A stretch of DNA of 64,000 bases, taken from positions 1,798,001-1,862,000 of the forward strand of contig CATNEN010000037.1 in NCBI GenBank assembly GCA_950097015.1, written 5' to 3'. This document shows, one piece after another, positions 61,001 through 64,000 of this stretch (positions within the stretch are counted from its first letter, which is position 1; the number at the start of each line of letters is the position of its first letter). The notes below the pieces were generated by a model. The model did not search any database, was not told the DNA's origin, and worked only from the letters and a program-made list of their open reading frames with translations. Source of the DNA: Macrostomum hystrix (taxonomy: Eukaryota > Animalia > Platyhelminthes). Both the position numbers and the translations under genes were made by a program.

Positions 61001-64000
61001 TTGGTTGCTAGCCTATCGGCGCCGGAAATCGACGCCTCGGCCACCGAGCAGGATGGCACCTTCTGTATCTACCTGCCATCTGGCAAGCATATACTCCGCT
61101 GCGGCCGGGCCCAGCGAGAGATCACCGTGGCCGGACCCGTCACCGGACTGCTGCTCAAGGAGCAACGGGTTGACGTCTCCGGCCGGGTTGTCGGCTGTCC
61201 GGGCGGACAATGTCCGGCAGATTTGCAGGTGAGTTTGGTTGAATTTGAATCCCCATTAAAGTTTGTTTATCCATGCTCGCTTGTCTCTTTTTTCGTTTTT
61301 TGTAGCTTCTCAGCCTTCCAGATTGGTCATTGTGGCTTCTCAGCCTTCCAGATTGGTCATTGTGGCTTCTCAGCCTTCCAGATTGGTCATTGTGGCTTCT
61401 CAATCTTCCAGATTGGTCATTGTGGCTTCTCAGCCTTCCAGATTGGTCATTGTGGCTTCTCAATCTTCCAGATTGGTCATAGAAGCTTCTCAATCTTCCA
61501 GATTGGTCATTGTGGCTTCTCAGCCTTCCAGATTGGTCATTGTGGCTTCTCAATCTTCCAGATCGGTCATTGTGGCTTCTCAATCTTCCACAACGGTCAT
61601 AGCAGTTTCTCAGCCATCCAGATTGTATTTTTCAATTCAGTGTGCAATTGTGACGTCATCACTGATTGGCTAAGCTCGCCGTGTATTCCCCAGGTGACAT
61701 TATCCGGTGAGGAGACCACCACGGCTCGAGTTGGCCCCGACGGGGCCTTCAGCCTGCCCGGCCAACTGCCCGGCTCCTACTCGGCCACCCTGGACGGTGG
61801 CGACCTGCTGTGCTGGGCCAGCCGTCAGCAGCAGCTTGCCGACCTGTCCGGCAAGCCCGGAACTCTGCAGTTCCGAGTTTCCGGCGTTAAAGCCTTCGTC
61901 TCCGCCAGTCACGACATCGAGCTGACCTATGCCAAGACCTCGGTGCGGGTCGGCCAGGGTCGGACGGAGGTCTGCCTGGAGGCTCAGCCGCCTGTTGAGC
62001 TGCGCGCCGCCTCCTGTCACCAGCTGGCCGCTGACACTGCCCGTCTGGAACGGCCTGGTGACTCCGTCAACTTCGCCGCCGCCGCTTTCCTAGTGCGTCT
62101 AAGTGCAGAATATCCCGACGGCAGCTCGGAGCCGATCCGCATTGAACTGACAGCCGACGGCAAGCCGGCTGGCCAGTTCAGCTTGAAGCCGACCCCAGCC
62201 AGCAGTGACGCAGCCTCCGTCGATATGCACTATCCAGCTGGCGTGGTGCTGGAAGCTCGAATCCTGGCTAACAACTCGGTGCTGGAGCCGTCCACCGCGG
62301 GCCTGACAGTCATGGATCCGCTGTCCTGCCAGCCGCAGACCATGCGCTTCACTGTCCGGCGCGGTCAGCGCATTGTCGGCCAAGTTGAGCCGCCGGTGCC
62401 AGGCGTTGAAGTCTCCCTGATGCTGGATCGCAGCTCCGCGGCCGCCGAGGCGGTGGTCGATGATGGACCTGTAGCCACGTTGACCACCGAGAAGGACGGC
62501 CGGTTCGAGTTTGGCCCCGTCCTGGCCGGCAGAGCCTACAAATTGGCGGGCCGCCTCACCGGCTATCGCTTCGAAGAGAAGCCTTGCGCTGAGCGACCCG
62601 GCGGAGACGCCAAGAGAATCCTGCGCGCCCACCGGCTGGCTGGCGTCCACGTCCAGACAGGCCTGCCCAGCGTGCTTGTGTCCATGAGCGGCGATTCGGC
62701 CAGGTTTCATCAGGCCACGGACGCGGCTGGCCTGGCTGTGTTCTCCGATCTGATGCCCGGCCGCTACTATGTTCGAGGCATGGTCAAGGAGTTCCGCTTT
62801 GAGCCGGCCAGCGCTGAGGTTATGGTGAGCTTGAGCACATGTCTTCCGCTATTCTGATAAGCTTCCCTCGGTCAACTCTGGCCTAGGGCCCCATGCAACA
62901 CCTCTTACCTGTCTCATCTCTCCCGTGTGCCATCTCTCCCGTGTCTCATCTCTCCCGTGTGCCATCTCTCCCGTGTGCCATCTCCCCCGTGTCTCATCTC
63001 TCCCGTGTGCCATCTCTCCCGTGTGCTATCTCCCCCGTGTGCCATCTCCCAGTGTCTCATTTCTCCCGTGTGCCATCTCCCCCTTGTGCCATCTCCCCCG
63101 TGTCTCATCTCTCCCGTGTGCCATCTCTCCCGTGTCTCATCTCTCCAGTGTCTCATCTCTCTGCTGTCTCATCTCTCCAGTGTCTCATCTCTCCCGTGTC
63201 TCATCTCTCCAGTGTCTCATCTCTCCCGTGTCTCATCTCTCCCGTGTCTCATCTCTCCAGTGTCTCATCTCTCCCGTGTCTCATCTCTCCCGTGTGCCAT
63301 CTCTCCCGTGTGCCATCTCCCCCGTGTCTCATCTCTCCCGTGTGCCATCTCTTCCGTGTGCCATCTCTCCCCTGTGCCATCTCTCCCGTGTGCCATCTCC
63401 CCCGTGTCTCATCTCTCCCGTGTTTCTACTTTATAGTAGACATAAACAAACGCATTTTACACATTCTATGAATTGCGCACTCCTCACTCAGGTGAAGGAG
63501 GGCGAGGTCACGGAAGTCGCCCTACGTCCGGTGCGCACCGGCTACTCCGCCTACGGCCGGGTTGTCTCCCTATCCGGCGCTCCCCTGTCCGACGTGGTAG
63601 TCACCGGCGTGCCGGAGTCCACCTGCCAGCAGGGCACCGAGACAGCCGACACGGACGCTGTTGGCGAGTTCCGTCTGCGTGGCCTGGCTTCCGGTTGCCG
63701 CTACAATGTCTCGGTGCGACCCGGCCAGCCGGCTGTTGATCGCACACTGCCAGCCTTCGAGTCTGTCACAGTGGCCGCCGCTGACGCCACTGGCCTGGTG
63801 TTCTACGGCCTGCCCCGACCAGGCCACACCGACTTGTTTGTCACTGTTGCCGCCGAGAGTCGGGAACAACGCCAATCATTGCACCTGACTGTACACCCGG
63901 ACCTCAGTCCCGGCCGGCTGACCGACGCCTGTGACCTGGCCGACCGGATCCTCATGTACTCCAGCGCTGTGCCAAACGACAATCAATATTATGTTGTAAC
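58054..64000 (+). CDS. NOMO: Nodal modulator (NOMO/pM5); 3' end lies outside the window
   Basis: Exons 58054-58377, 58710-59333, 60698-61228, 61694-62824 and 63492 to beyond 64000, all phase 0. Signal peptide then VGCGGFV, PNGAYSVPVYERG, APDGWHLEP, GEYTLVP, PGRYYVRGMVKEFRFEP, RTGYSAYGRVVSLSGAP. Alternative in-frame ATGs at 58060 and 58072. Confidence 0.95.
58470..58640. repeat. Degenerate ~27-30-bp repeat (GGGATCTGAAGGGAATTCGATAACTCTA) in NOMO intron 1
   Basis: About 6 copies. Confidence 0.85.
59440..60560. repeat. 29-bp minisatellite (GTTATCCCCTTTCTCCTACTCAGTCCATT)n in NOMO intron 2
   Basis: About 38 copies; accounts for the three overlapping + ORFs in 59347-60689. Confidence 0.95.
61305..61625. 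repeat. 30-bp minisatellite (TTCTCAGCCTTCCAGATTGGTCATTGTGGC)n in NOMO intron 3
   Basis: About 10 copies; translates as FSAFQIGHCG repeats in the NOMO frame. Confidence 0.93.
62908..63425. repeat. 16-bp pyrimidine-rich satellite (TCTCCCGTGTCTCATC)n in NOMO intron 4
   Basis: About 32 copies; same family as 29845-30350 in inverted orientation. Confidence 0.93.

Noticed and set aside
50384-62710. Numerous antisense or alternate-frame ORFs over SHOC2 and NOMO exons
   Set aside because: These are expected in GC-rich coding exons and show no independent homology or splice structure.
3660-63425. Regularly spaced 20-50-bp repeats as possible CRISPR arrays
   Set aside because: The units are head-to-tail with no unique spacers, there are no cas genes, and the context is eukaryotic and spliced.

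Overview
Eukaryotic (metazoan) genomic DNA with spliced genes. The long ORFs in the supplied track are mostly minisatellite artefacts. GC-rich coding exons combined with minisatellite-filled introns suggest a flatworm such as Macrostomum (inference, not verified). Manual splicing with phase-consistent GT-AG junctions gives eight genes. In order: 5' part of an SLC18A vesicular transporter (-, absent from the ORF track), SNX14 (+, 16 exons, about 1007 aa), a membrane-anchored JmjC/cupin protein (-, with a +1 frameshift and a 7.7-kb 31-bp satellite filling intron 2), an SHB/SHF-type SH2 adaptor (-), ADAP1/centaurin-alpha (+), MPI (+), SHOC2 (+), and NOMO (+, runs off the window end). There are also about 27 tandem arrays, several MITE or DNA-transposon remnants (two with clear TSDs) and tRNA-derived SINEs. 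The main architectural pattern: every modelled intron longer than about 300 bp holds either its own minisatellite (15) or a SINE (4), the other 9 introns are 73-248 bp, and all six genes whose stop codon is in the window have a tandem array just downstream. No CRISPR, rRNA, true tRNA or prokaryotic system was found. All homology calls come from recalled family motifs; no database search was run.
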